The translations under genes were made by a program, and so were the position numbers. Positions 1 through 10,400 of a DNA stretch of 64,000 bases are shown one piece after another; the first letter of the stretch is position 1; every line of letters begins with the position of its first letter. Location: contig JAGWOR010000006.1 in assembly GCA_028870845.1 (NCBI GenBank), forward strand, positions 12,065 to 76,064, in the 5' to 3' direction. The notes below the pieces were generated by a model. That model was not told where the DNA came from. It ran no database searches and saw nothing but the letters and a program-made list of their open reading frames with translations. This DNA comes from Gammaproteobacteria bacterium. GTDB taxonomy: Bacteria > Pseudomonadota > Gammaproteobacteria > Natronospirales > REEB76.

Positions 1-249
1 GCGGGCAATCCCCAGTTTGCGCGCGGCGTCAATCACCTGTGACGCCTGTCGCTCCACTACCGAGCGCGCGGCTGCCACGTCCTGGCTGGTATCGCCGACA
101 GACAGCGAAACATGCGCCATATCCGGAACAACGCTGATGGAACCGTGACCCTGCACCTGTATATACGGCGCTGCTGGCAGGGAATCTGCAAGCAGCGTGG
201 CCGGCATCAGCAACCACGGCAGGGCAATGAACAGACGCAGGCATGACAA
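1..249 (-). CDS. SIMPL/DUF541-like periplasmic protein, N-terminal part (gene runs off the window start)
   Basis: My own translation of a minus-strand frame absent from the ORF track: (L)SCLRLFIALPWLLMPATLLADSLPAAPYIQVQGHGSISVVPDMAHVSLSVGDTSQDVAAARSVVERQASQVIDAARKLGIA. It shows a signal peptide followed by a V.G.G...V.PD.A pattern typical of SIMPL proteins. Start presumed to be TTG at 249-247. Confidence 0.5.
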   Translation of the reverse strand, partial: MSCLRLFIALPWLLMPATLLADSLPAAPYIQVQGHGSISVVPDMAHVSLSVGDTSQDVAAARSVVERQASQVIDAARKLGIAR

Positions 250-259
250 GATGCGTTGC

Positions 260-1264
260 TCAGTCGGCGAGTACATAGGCAAACACCAAAGGCGCCACGA
301 TGGTGGCATCTGATTCGATAATAAACTTGGGCGTGTCCGCGCCCAACTTGCCCCAGGTGATCTTCTCATTGGGAACGGCGCCCGAATAGGAGCCGTAGCT
401 GGTGGTGGAATCACTGATCTGGCAAAAATACGCCCAGAGCGGCGTCTTCTGCCGCAAATCCTGCTCCAGCATGGGCACCACACAAATCGGGAAATCACCC
501 GCGATGCCGCCGCCGATCTGGAAAAACCCAACACCCTTGCCGTCGGCGTTTTTCTGATACCAATCCGCGAGATACATCATGTATTCGATGCCGGTGCGCA
601 CCGTATGTACATTCTTGATATCGCCCTTGATGCAATGAGCCGCGAAGATATTGCCGAGCGTCGAATCTTCCCAGCCTGGCACGATGATGGGCAGGTTTTT
701 TTCCGCCGCCGCCAGCATCCAGGAATCCCCAGGATCAATCTGGTGATGCTTTTGTAACGCGCCGCTGCGGATCACCCTGTAAAGAAACTCGTGGGGGAAA
801 AACCGCTCGCCTTTTTTGTCCGCGGATGACCACTCTTCCAGCACCGCATTTTCAATGCGCCGGATAGCCTCACCTTCGGGTATGCAGGTATCAGTGACGC
901 GGTTCAAATGCCGGGCCAGGAGTTTCTGTTCCTCGGACGGGGTTAATTCACGATATTTGGGAACGCGCACATAGTGGTTGTGGGCCACCAGGTTGAAGAT
1001 GTCTTCCTCGAGATTGGCGCCGGTACAGGTGATGATGCTCACCTTGCCACGCCGGATCATCTCGGCCAGCGACAAACCCAGCTCCGCCGTGCTCATGGCG
1101 CCAGCCAGCGTCACCATCATTTTGCCGCCGGCGGCGAGGTGCGACTTGTAGGCCTTGGCGGCGTCGATCAGGGTAGCCGCATTGAAATGCCGGAAATGCT
1201 GCTGGATAAAACTGGCTACTTCATTGAAATACTTGGATTTTGTGCGGTTCTGCTGGTCGAGCAT
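260..1264 (-). CDS. Deoxyhypusine synthase family protein (bacterial DHS-like, possible homospermidine synthase)
   Basis: 334 aa. Motifs GAMSTAELG, IITCTGANLEEDIFNL, GWEDSTLGN and FQIGGGIAGDFPICVVP are characteristic of the DHS fold. Confidence 0.85.
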   Translation of the reverse strand: MLDQQNRTKSKYFNEVASFIQQHFRHFNAATLIDAAKAYKSHLAAGGKMMVTLAGAMSTAELGLSLAEMIRRGKVSIITCTGANLEEDIFNLVAHNHYVRVPKYRELTPSEEQKLLARHLNRVTDTCIPEGEAIRRIENAVLEEWSSADKKGERFFPHEFLYRVIRSGALQKHHQIDPGDSWMLAAAEKNLPIIVPGWEDSTLGNIFAAHCIKGDIKNVHTVRTGIEYMMYLADWYQKNADGKGVGFFQIGGGIAGDFPICVVPMLEQDLRQKTPLWAYFCQISDSTTSYGSYSGAVPNEKITWGKLGADTPKFIIESDATIVAPLVFAYVLAD

Positions 1265-1338
1265 GGTGCGTCCTCACAGGCAGGAATTCGTGGAAGCAAA
1301 CGCAGATTGTAACGGCTGCGACACGGCCGTGGTACGTT

Positions 1339-1566
1339 TCAGTCTTTGGTTTTCGATCCGGAAGATCCCGCTTCCCGGGCCACGGCCTCCAGATCCAGCC
1401 TTTGCATCGCATCCAATGAGGCCTCCATTGCGCCGGCATGGCACAAGCCGCTCAAGGCTGCGGCCTCATAGCCCTCGCGGGCGGCTTTCATACAAGCTGC
1501 ACGCACAGCTGCCGCCAGGTGTTTATCCGCGCTATTCAAGGGTGTTTCATGCCCTCTAACCGCCAT
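1339..1566 (-). CDS. Small conserved hypothetical protein (75 aa)
   Basis: ATG-initiated ORF in the gap between the DHS-like gene and the antiporter. The EGYE..A..GLCH.GA.EA motif resembles a small conserved proteobacterial family of unknown function. Confidence 0.45.
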   Translation of the reverse strand: MAVRGHETPLNSADKHLAAAVRAACMKAAREGYEAAALSGLCHAGAMEASLDAMQRLDLEAVAREAGSSGSKTKD

Positions 1567-1673
1567 CCGCTGTTAATTTTATGTAGCGAGGTATCTGACC
1601 AGTATAGCCGGGCCCGGCAGCGCCATGATTCCGATACAATCGCTGCGGTTATCACACTCATGGATAGGCGCCC

Positions 1674-3002
1674 ATGCAAAATCAGCGCAGTCTCGGCCTG
1701 GCCACCACCACGTCCATCGTGGTCGGCAATATGGTGGGCTCCGGCGTATTCCTGCTGCCCGCCTCGCTCGCCGTGTACGGTATCTACAGCCTGTGGGGCT
1801 GGGGGTTCAGTACGGTTGGGGCATTGCTGCTCGCCTGGGTATTCAGCAGCCTGTCACGGCGCCTGGCCAAGGCCGGCGGTCCCTACGCTTATCCTCGCGA
1901 AGCGTTCGGCGATTTTGCCGGCTTCCTGATTGCCTGGATCTATTGGCTGAGCATATTCGGCACCAATGCCGCCATCGCCGTGGCCTTCACCAGCTACCTC
2001 AGCACTTTCATTCCGGTGCTGGCCGCAGTACCTCTGGCGGGTGGTCTGGCGGCCATCGCCGCGGTCTGGGTGTTGACCGGTATCAACATATGGGGAGTGC
2101 GCGCCGCCGGCAGCCTGCAATTGATCACCGTGATCCTAAAGCTCGCGCCATTGCTGGCATTGGCGATATTTGGACTGTTTCATTTCGATCCTAAAATACT
2201 TAACTCAGGTCATCCCAGCGGCTCGGCTTTTCACGCCATCAACACGGCAGCCGCCTTCACCATGTGGGCCTTTTTGGGCCTGGAATGCGCCACGGTACCC
2301 GCCGAACACGTCAAAGATCCGGAAAAAACCATCCCGCGTGCCACCATTCTGGGCACGGTGATCGCAGCGGCTTTCTACATCGTCTGCACTACCGTGGTGA
2401 TGGGCATAATTCCCAGTGCCACGCTGGCACACTCCAACGCGCCCTTTGCCGATGCCGCCAAGATTATCTGGGGCAACTGGGGCGATTACATCATCGCCGC
2501 CACCGCCATGATCTCCTGTTTCGGCGCGCTTAACGGCTGGATCCTGATGCAGGGCCAGTTCCCCCAAGCGGTGGCCGAAGATGATCTGTTCCCCAAATTT
2601 TTCGCCCGCCAGTCACGCCGCAATACGCCAGCCGTGGGGCTGCTGGTTTCCAGCGTGCTGGCCAGCCTGCTGATCCTGATGAATTACAGTAATGGTTTGG
2701 TGGCCATGTTCAATGTGATCCTGTTGCTGGCCACGTTTTTCGTGCTGGTGCCATACATGTTTTGTGCCATGGCGGAAATTGTCCTGAGCCGTAAACAGAA
2801 GGGATCAAATAAACGCCCATTATTCAACTTGATGCTCGCCTGTCTGGCTTTCGCTTTCGCGCTGTGGGCCGCGGCCGGCACCGGCCGTGATTCCCTCTAC
2901 TGGGGAACACTGCTGCTGCTGGCGGGGATACCAATTTATGTCTGGCAGAAACGCCGGCAGTCCACGCTCGGCGGCCCCCAGGAGGCATCGAGCCGGTCCT
3001 GA
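1674..3002 (+). CDS. APC-superfamily basic amino acid/polyamine antiporter (AdiC/PotE/CadB-like)
   Basis: 442 aa, about 12 TM segments. The N-terminus LGLATTTSIVVGNMVGSGVFLLPASLA is typical of the APA antiporter family. Confidence 0.8.
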   Translation: MQNQRSLGLATTTSIVVGNMVGSGVFLLPASLAVYGIYSLWGWGFSTVGALLLAWVFSSLSRRLAKAGGPYAYPREAFGDFAGFLIAWIYWLSIFGTNAAIAVAFTSYLSTFIPVLAAVPLAGGLAAIAAVWVLTGINIWGVRAAGSLQLITVILKLAPLLALAIFGLFHFDPKILNSGHPSGSAFHAINTAAAFTMWAFLGLECATVPAEHVKDPEKTIPRATILGTVIAAAFYIVCTTVVMGIIPSATLAHSNAPFADAAKIIWGNWGDYIIAATAMISCFGALNGWILMQGQFPQAVAEDDLFPKFFARQSRRNTPAVGLLVSSVLASLLILMNYSNGLVAMFNVILLLATFFVLVPYMFCAMAEIVLSRKQKGSNKRPLFNLMLACLAFAFALWAAAGTGRDSLYWGTLLLLAGIPIYVWQKRRQSTLGGPQEASSRS

Positions 3003-3033
3003 TTGCGAGCGGACTGGCTCGATACGGGAGTCT

Positions 3034-3678
3034 TCAGGCCACGTTCCAGCCGAAGCGCCCAATCTGCGGGCTTTCAATTTCGATACGATCGCCGGCGATC
3101 AATGGCCCGACGCCGGCCGGAGTGCCTGTATATATCAGGTCGCCCGGCAGCAGCCGCCAGTGACGGCTGAGAAAAGCGATGATTTGCGCCACCGGGAACA
3201 GCATGTCGCGGGTGTTGCCCTGCTGGCGCAGACTGCCGTTCACCCGGCATTGCATGTCGATATTCTGGATGTCCGACTGTCGTGGCCATTCGATGAAGTC
3301 ACCGATTACGGCGCTACCGTCGAAGGACTTGCATAATTCCCAGGGATGGCCGGCTTTTTTCAGCCGGTTCTGCACATCCCGAAGGGTCAGATCGATGCCC
3401 AGAGTTACTTTAGCCACATGCTCGCGCGCCGACTGTACGGGAATTTCGCTGCCCTGCCTGCCCAGCATCACCACCAGTTCCATCTCGTGATGCACAAGGC
3501 CCTGGGCTTTGGGCACTTTCAGCGGTTCGCCCACGCCCACCATGCTGCTGGCGGGTTTCATGAAAATTACCGGCTCCGACGGTATGGCATTTCCCATTTC
3601 TTTGGCGTGTTCGGCATAGTTGCGGGCAATGCAGAATATGCGCGCTGCCGGCCGTAGGCTGTCATTCGATTCTGACAT
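3034..3678 (-). CDS. Fumarylacetoacetate hydrolase (FAH) family protein
   Basis: 214 aa. Motifs CIARNYAEHAKE, HHEMELVVMLG and GDLIYTGTPAGVGP. Confidence 0.85.
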   Translation of the reverse strand: MSESNDSLRPAARIFCIARNYAEHAKEMGNAIPSEPVIFMKPASSMVGVGEPLKVPKAQGLVHHEMELVVMLGRQGSEIPVQSAREHVAKVTLGIDLTLRDVQNRLKKAGHPWELCKSFDGSAVIGDFIEWPRQSDIQNIDMQCRVNGSLRQQGNTRDMLFPVAQIIAFLSRHWRLLPGDLIYTGTPAGVGPLIAGDRIEIESPQIGRFGWNVA

Positions 3679-3775
3679 CTGCTTTCCTCACAACCGCGTG
3701 GTTAAAACATCGATGCAGGTGCCCAGTATAAAACTTGTGGTCCTGCGTTGGGATGGCCGCGGAAATGTGTTCCGG

Positions 3776-5026
3776 CTAGAACCACAGCCACAGTAAACCA
3801 CCCCACGCCGCAACCATCATCACTACCGCCACCGCGGCAAACGACAGCGCAAACCGCCAGCCGCCACTCACCAGGGCGGCCAGCATTTTACTGATGGCGT
3901 TGCTGCTGAAGGCGCTGAGAATGGCCACCAAGGCGAAAGTCTGGGGAAGTTCGCCGTTCAGCGCCAACTGGGCCACCGAGGCGGCGGCGGCATGGGTGTC
4001 GGCGAACCCAGCGAGTGTCGCGGTCAACACCAGCGCGCCAGCGCCAGCCGCGCGCCCGGCGGTATCGGCGATCCACAATAGCCCGCCCACCAGTACAGCA
4101 AAAATCAATGCCTCGCGTGGACTGAACAGCCGCGCGGAGGGTGCCACCGGGCGCGCAGTGTATTGCCGGGACCGGCTTCGCCAGTGCGTCCACAGTGCAC
4201 TGACCAAGGCCACCAAACCGGCCAGCACCAGTGACGGCGCCAGCCGCAGCAACAAAGCAGGCATCAAAATGCCAACCAGCAGCGCCAGCTGCAGCACCGT
4301 GGCGATATTGGACATATAGGCGCCCGCCAGGCTGGCGGCGAACCGCACCGGCTCGGTGCGTGCGCGTTGCCCCATGGCTGCGATGGTAGCCACACTGGAG
4401 ATGAAGCCACCGGCGAGACCAGCGAGCGCCAAACCGTGTGACGGCCCGAGTACGCGCAGGAAAACATGTCCCAGTGTCTGTATGCCCATCACCAGTATGG
4501 CCAGTAACCATAAGGTGCGCGGGTTCAAGCCACCCAATATGGCCAGGGGATGGTCCGGCAGCAACGGCAATACGATCAGCACCGCCGCCGCCAGCAGCAA
4601 GCCGTCGTTTACTTCCTGGGCACTGAGAACACGCCGAACAAAGTGGTGCAACGGTACCTTGCCGGCCAGCGCAATGGCTATGAACACAGCCAAGGCCGCT
4701 GCGAAAGCACTGTCGCGCATGGCCAGAGCGCCAAGCAACAGTGTGGCAACCAGCGCCATTTCCGTTGTGATGCCCGGGTCAGTACCCCGGGTACGCCAGT
4801 AACTGACGACCGCCAGTGCTCCCACCGCCAGGATCGCAACCACCAGCGCCGCCGGTCCGAGCTGCATGCCGATGGCGCCGGTCAAAGATACCAGCAGGAA
4901 ACTGCGCAGGCCGGCCTGTTTACGCGTGCTACCACGGCCCTTGTGACGCTCACGTTCCAGCCCGATCAGCAGTCCGATGCCGATGGCAGTAATCCAGCCC
5001 AGTATCGCCGAAAATTCCATTTTCAT
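3776..5026 (-). CDS. MgtC/SapB-family membrane protein with DUF4010-type C-terminal domain
   Basis: 416 aa polytopic membrane protein. The N-terminal GLLIGLERERHKG motif is typical of the MgtC family. Confidence 0.7.
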   Translation of the reverse strand: MKMEFSAILGWITAIGIGLLIGLERERHKGRGSTRKQAGLRSFLLVSLTGAIGMQLGPAALVVAILAVGALAVVSYWRTRGTDPGITTEMALVATLLLGALAMRDSAFAAALAVFIAIALAGKVPLHHFVRRVLSAQEVNDGLLLAAAVLIVLPLLPDHPLAILGGLNPRTLWLLAILVMGIQTLGHVFLRVLGPSHGLALAGLAGGFISSVATIAAMGQRARTEPVRFAASLAGAYMSNIATVLQLALLVGILMPALLLRLAPSLVLAGLVALVSALWTHWRSRSRQYTARPVAPSARLFSPREALIFAVLVGGLLWIADTAGRAAGAGALVLTATLAGFADTHAAAASVAQLALNGELPQTFALVAILSAFSSNAISKMLAALVSGGWRFALSFAAVAVVMMVAAWGGLLWLWF

Positions 5027-5139
5027 TCACGCACCATGAAACCGCGCATTGCAGACTGAATGCAGCCAGAGTCTTTCAGAATCAAGCCTGCCGTTAGCCC
5101 GTGGAAGCACGGGATTAACCAGTCAGACCCACGTCTGTT

Positions 5140-6189
5140 TCAGCTGTTCAGGAAATATTCCCGGAAAGCCTCAAGCACAGATTCAATATCCCGCGCGCTT
5201 ACATCCAGATGCGTCACCAACCGAAGCTTGGCACTGGCGAGTATTTTGATGCCGCTGGCTTGAAGCTGGCGGGCCAATGGCTGCACGTGTTGTGCGTCAA
5301 TGCCGGCAAACACCATGTTGGTCTGCACCGTCGCCGGATCAATCTGAATCTGGCTGATGTCTGACAAGCCGGTGGCCAGCTTTTTCGCGTTGGCATGATC
5401 TTCCGCCAGGCGCTCAATATTGTGTTCCAGGGCAAATAAACCGGCAGCCGCCAGCATGCCAGCCTGGCGCATGCCGCCGCCAAGGACCTTGCGGGCACGA
5501 TGCGCGCGCTTGATGAAGTCGTGGTCGCCCACCAGCACCGTGCCCACCGGGCAGCCCAAGCCCTTGGACAGGCATATGGAAACACTGTCGAAATGCCGGG
5601 TAATTTCACCCACCGGCACACCCAGTTTGACCGCTGCATTGAAAACCCGCGCGCCATCCAGATGCAGCTTCAAGCCATGTCCACGGGTAAAAGTACGCGC
5701 CTGTTTCAGGTAGTCCAGCGGCAGGACCCGGCCGTTCTGGGTGTTCTCCAAAACCAGCAGCCGGGTGTGGGGGAAATGCGCATCATCGGGTTTGATGGCG
5801 GCGGCGATTTTATTCAAGTCGAGGCTGCCATCCACCTGGTATTCGATCGGACAGGGCCAAAGGCTGCCAAGCACCGCCGCGCCGCCTGCTTCATATTTGA
5901 AGCTGTGACCCAGGCTACCGATCATGAACTCCTCGCCGCGCCCGCAATGTGACATGAGCGCTGCGAGGTTTGACTGGGTGCCGCTGGGAAAGAAAAGACC
6001 GGCCTGGTGGCCGGTCATTTCAGCAAGCTTTTCCTGCAGGCGGTTTACACTGGGGTCGTCACCGAACACGTCATCGCCCACCTCGGCGGCAGCCATGGCG
6101 GCGCGCATGGCGCTGCTGGGACGGGTCACCGTGTCGCTGCGCAGGTCGATCATAGGAGCGCTGCTGCCCTTCACACCTGTTTGCGACAA
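5140..6189 (-). CDS. ltaE: Low-specificity L-threonine aldolase
   Basis: Motifs IDLRSDTVTRP, GDDVFGDDPSVN and FPSGTQSNL. The start may instead be the internal Met at 6153 (MIDLRSD). Confidence 0.85.
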   Translation of the reverse strand: MSQTGVKGSSAPMIDLRSDTVTRPSSAMRAAMAAAEVGDDVFGDDPSVNRLQEKLAEMTGHQAGLFFPSGTQSNLAALMSHCGRGEEFMIGSLGHSFKYEAGGAAVLGSLWPCPIEYQVDGSLDLNKIAAAIKPDDAHFPHTRLLVLENTQNGRVLPLDYLKQARTFTRGHGLKLHLDGARVFNAAVKLGVPVGEITRHFDSVSICLSKGLGCPVGTVLVGDHDFIKRAHRARKVLGGGMRQAGMLAAAGLFALEHNIERLAEDHANAKKLATGLSDISQIQIDPATVQTNMVFAGIDAQHVQPLARQLQASGIKILASAKLRLVTHLDVSARDIESVLEAFREYFLNS

Positions 6190-6210
6190 ACCAGTACGCA
6201 GATTTAAGTC

Positions 6211-6789
6211 TTACTGGCCCCCGCCTGGCGGGGATTTCTGGCCGCCCTTGGCAGCCTGCGCCTTCTTCATCTTGGCCCAATCCGCATTCAGGGCTTTGGT
6301 GACCGCATCGGTGATGTCGTAGTTGCTGGCTGCAAAGATAGCACCCGCTGCGCCCCGGCTCAGAATGAAGTCGTAATGATGAGCCCTGCCGTAAGCATCG
6401 ATCACCCGCATCATTTCCTGCTCGATGGGTTGCAGCAATTGCTGACGCTGTGCTTCCAGTTCCTGCTGGCCCAGCATGACGAACTGCTGGTACTCGTTTC
6501 TACTATCCTGAAAGCTCTTTTGTAGAGTCGCATAATCCTTGGATTTGCTGTCCGCTGTCTTTATTTGATCCTGAAGCACTTTCAGCTTCTGTTCCTTGTC
6601 GTTGGCCTGCCCCTGCAATTTATTCCGGAGAGCCACCATATCTTTTTGGGCGTCCTGTCCAGCCGTGGAATCGCTGAGGACCTGTTGCAAATTGACCGTC
6701 GCGATGCGCGGGGCATTCGCCGCTTGTGTCGTGGAAATTGCTAGGAACCCTGCCGCCAGCAGGCTGGCGGTGATAAATACATGACGCAT
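6211..6789 (-). CDS. OmpH/Skp-family periplasmic chaperone
   Basis: 192 aa. Signal peptide, then IATVNLQQVL and a long charged coiled-coil region (KLQGQANDKEQKLKVLQDQIK). Confidence 0.7.
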   Translation of the reverse strand: MRHVFITASLLAAGFLAISTTQAANAPRIATVNLQQVLSDSTAGQDAQKDMVALRNKLQGQANDKEQKLKVLQDQIKTADSKSKDYATLQKSFQDSRNEYQQFVMLGQQELEAQRQQLLQPIEQEMMRVIDAYGRAHHYDFILSRGAAGAIFAASNYDITDAVTKALNADWAKMKKAQAAKGGQKSPPGGGQ

Positions 6790-6912
6790 AATGGAATACT
6801 CCTGGGAAAGGTATATTGCTCCGCCGGGAAGCGGATATCATTTGTAAAGAACACCCGTGCCTTTAGGATAACGCACCGGCAGCTCCGCCGACCACTGTTC
6901 AGTGGCTGGGGT

Positions 6913-7317
6913 TTAGTCTTGCACGTGTATATTCACAAACAGGTTAATGGTAAACAGCGCTACCCCCAGTACTATCACGGCGGACGCCGCAATGGCGAGC
7001 TTCTCCAGCTGCGGATGGCCTGCCAAGGTAAAAAACAGGGAAAGCATGGCCACCGGCAGTGCCAGGTTATGCAGCCAAAAATGCCACAGCCCCAGGCGGC
7101 TGCCACCGGCCCGAGGAAACAGGTGGTAAATCACCCCAGCGAGGGCCATGCTGGCCCAGCCCAGCAGGTTGATATGGGCGTGAACCGGTATGAACTCAAA
7201 ATGCCTGCTGGCGGCCAAGGCCATGCCGAAAACCACCCCCACCAGCAGATACAGCACCGCCAGCTTGATCCAGAGTTGCGCCATGTGAAGACCGCGTGAT
7301 TCGATCGTGGTAGTCAT
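6913..7317 (-). CDS. Small 4-TM membrane protein with conserved His motif (HAHINLLGW)
   Basis: 134 aa with four hydrophobic segments. The His-rich helix is reminiscent of heme-copper-oxidase-like helices. Function unknown. Confidence 0.5.
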   Translation of the reverse strand: MTTTIESRGLHMAQLWIKLAVLYLLVGVVFGMALAASRHFEFIPVHAHINLLGWASMALAGVIYHLFPRAGGSRLGLWHFWLHNLALPVAMLSLFFTLAGHPQLEKLAIAASAVIVLGVALFTINLFVNIHVQD

Positions 7318-7478
7318 TCTAACTCCTTATAAAGCATGGCTTTTTAGTCCTGTACGGGCTTCTTGGTAACACCCGTTCTGCACGAATTCAATCTCCATCA
7401 CGGATTTCGCACTTAATGTTTGCCCTGCAGCGATGTCATACTGGGGGTCTGCCTGAATCATCCCTTTAGGAGTCTTTC

Positions 7479-10400
7479 ATGAACTGTCGCTGGTTTTCCC
7501 CAAAGTGGACTGGGCTTTTGCCGATGCTCGCCATGCTAGCCCTGTTGGCAGGCACCGCCCGCGCAAACGACACCCTCATGCGTTACCCGACCCTGCATGG
7601 AAATTCCGTGGTTTTCGAAGCCCATGGGAACTTGTGGAAAGTCAGCCGCAGCGGCGGTGAGGCCACCAGGTTAACCACCGATCCGGGCTTTGACATCATG
7701 CCGCGCTATTCACCGGACGGAAAATGGATCGCATTTACGGGCCAATACCAGGGAAATACCGACGTCTATATCATCCCGGCTGACGGCGGTAACGCCCGGC
7801 GCCTGACATACCACTCGGACGTGGTCGCAAGCGCGCCGCTGCGCTGGGGTCCGGACAATATGGTGGTGAGCTGGACGCCGGACGGCAAAAACATCGTGTT
7901 CCTGTCGCGCCGCACCACTTTCAACTCCTGGTTCGGCCAGCTGTTCGAGGTGCCGCTCAGCGGCGGCCTGCCGACCCAGCTGCCGATACCCAAGGGCGGC
8001 ATGCTCACCTATTCGCCGGACGGGAACTCCATCGCCTATAACCGCATTTTCCGCAATTTCCGCAGCTGGAAGCGCTATCACGGCGGCCTGGCCCAGGATG
8101 TGTGGCTGTACGATTTCGCCACCAAGAAAAGCACCCGCATCACCGATTATCCGGGCACGGACTCCGACCCCATGTGGTACGGTCACCTGATCTATTTCCT
8201 CTCGGACCGCGGTCCGGAGCAACGCAAAAATCTCTGGGTATATGACCTGGATAACAAGCAATTCCGCCAGGTCACGCATTTCAAGAATTACGACATCGAC
8301 TGGCCGAGCCTGGGGGATACCGGCATCGCGTTCCAGTGCGGCGGCAGTCTGTACGTTATGGACCTGCCGTCGGAACAATTGCACCGCATCAGTGTGGATG
8401 TGCCGGACGACGGTACGCGCACCGGCAGGCGCTGGGTGGATGAGTCCAAGTACCTGCAGACGATGGATACCGCCGGCGACACCAACCTAGCGCTATCGCC
8501 CAACGGCAAGCGCGCACTGCTGCAGGCGCGCGGCGACATCTGGTCGCTGCCCCGCGAGCATGGCCCGAGCCTGGATCTCACCCATACCTCAGACGCGGAG
8601 GAGGAATACCCCTCGTGGTCGCCGGACGGCAAATGGATTGCCTATGCCACCGATGCCAGCGGTGAGGACCAACTCGCCATCCGGCCCGCAGACGGCACCG
8701 GCAGCCAGCAAATCCTCACGGATTTCAAATCCGGCTATTTCTACGGCCCGAGCTGGTCTCCGGGCAGCGACAAAATGGCGTTCTCCGATAACCAGCACCG
8801 GTTGTGGATCCTGGACGTCAAGAGCCGCAAGCTCACCGACGTGGCCCAGGACAAATACAACGAAATGCATGATTTCAGCTGGTCACCGGACGGCCGCTGG
8901 CTGGCCTACAGCATCACCGCGCCGAACCAGATGCGCCAGATATATCTGTACAACCTGGCGCAGGGCAAAGCCACGCTCGTCAGCTCACCCATGGACAACG
9001 ACATGAACCCGGTATTCGATCCCGAGGGCCAATACCTGTACTTTGTGTCGGCGCGCCACGAGAACCCGACATTCAGTGAATCTGAATTCAACATCGCCAC
9101 GCTCAAGATGCTGGGTGTGTACGTGACCACGCTGCGCAAGGATGAGCCCTCGCCGTTCGCGCCCCGCAACGACGAAGGCACGCTTTCCGCAAAGAAGCAA
9201 GCGCAACCCGGCGAATGGAAACCGGGCAACAGCAAGCCCATCCAGATTGACCTCGACGGGTTGATGGGGCGCGCGGTGCCGCTGCCGATCCCGGCGGCCA
9301 ATATCAGCGGCCTGGCCGCCACCCCCGGCCAGGTGTTCTACAGCACCGTGCCCAATCAGATGATCGACGGTCCCTTGCCGGGCACGCAGCCGGAGCTGCA
9401 CGTCTATGCTCTCGCCAAGCGCGAAGACAAAGTACTGGGCAGCGGATTCTATGGCTGGACGCTGTCAGCCGACGGCTCGACCATCCTCTATAGCACTCCC
9501 GATAACAAACTGTTCACCATGGACGCCAAGCCCGACGCCAAGCCCGCACCGCTCGACACATCACACATGTGGGCGGGAATCAATCCGGTCCAGGAATGGA
9601 ACGAGATGTACCAGATGACCTGGCGTCTGTACCGGGATTTCTTCGTCAACCGCGAGATGAACGGCGTGAACTGGAACGCGGTGCGCGCCCAATACGCCAA
9701 GCTGCTGCCGCTCATGGGCTCGCGTGAGGACCTGAACTATCTCATCGGCCAGACCATCGGCGAGCTGTCCAACTCCCACACTTATGTGGGGGGTGGCGAC
9801 GTGGGCTACGATGTACACCGCACGCCCACCGGGCTGTTGGGCGTGGACTTCGGCCTGGACAGGAACAGCGGGCGGTATTATTTCGCGAAGATTTATCCCG
9901 GCGACAATACCCGTGAAAACTATCGTTCGCCCCTGACCGAGCCGGGAGTGAACGTTAAGGCCGGCGATTACCTGCTGGCGGTGAATGGCCACGAACTCAG
10001 GGCGCCCACCAACCCCTACAGCCTATTCGTGGGCACCACCAACCAGGATGTATGGCTTACGGTGGCCGATGACGCCGGCGGCAAAAACCTCCGCCGTATC
10101 CTGGTAAGGACCATCCCCAACGAGCTGGACATCCGCCTCAAGGCCTGGATCGACCATAACCGCGAGGAGGTCAACCGGCTATCGGATGGCAAGGTCGGAT
10201 ACATCTACCTGTCCGACATGGAAGCCCAGGGCATGGATCAGTTCATCCGCCAGTTCTACCCGCAACTCACCAAGCAGGGCCTGATCATCGACGATCGCTG
10301 GAACGGCGGCGGCTTCATCGACCAGATCGTGCTGGAACGGCTGCGGCGCATCCTCATCGGCATGAACAGCAACCGCGAACGGGTGGCTTCGCCCATACCT

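Noticed and set aside
29-244. 71-aa minus-strand ORF from the track at the window start.
   Set aside because: Its composition is implausible. A different minus-strand frame over the same DNA gives a clean signal peptide and a SIMPL-like sequence, and that frame is reported instead.
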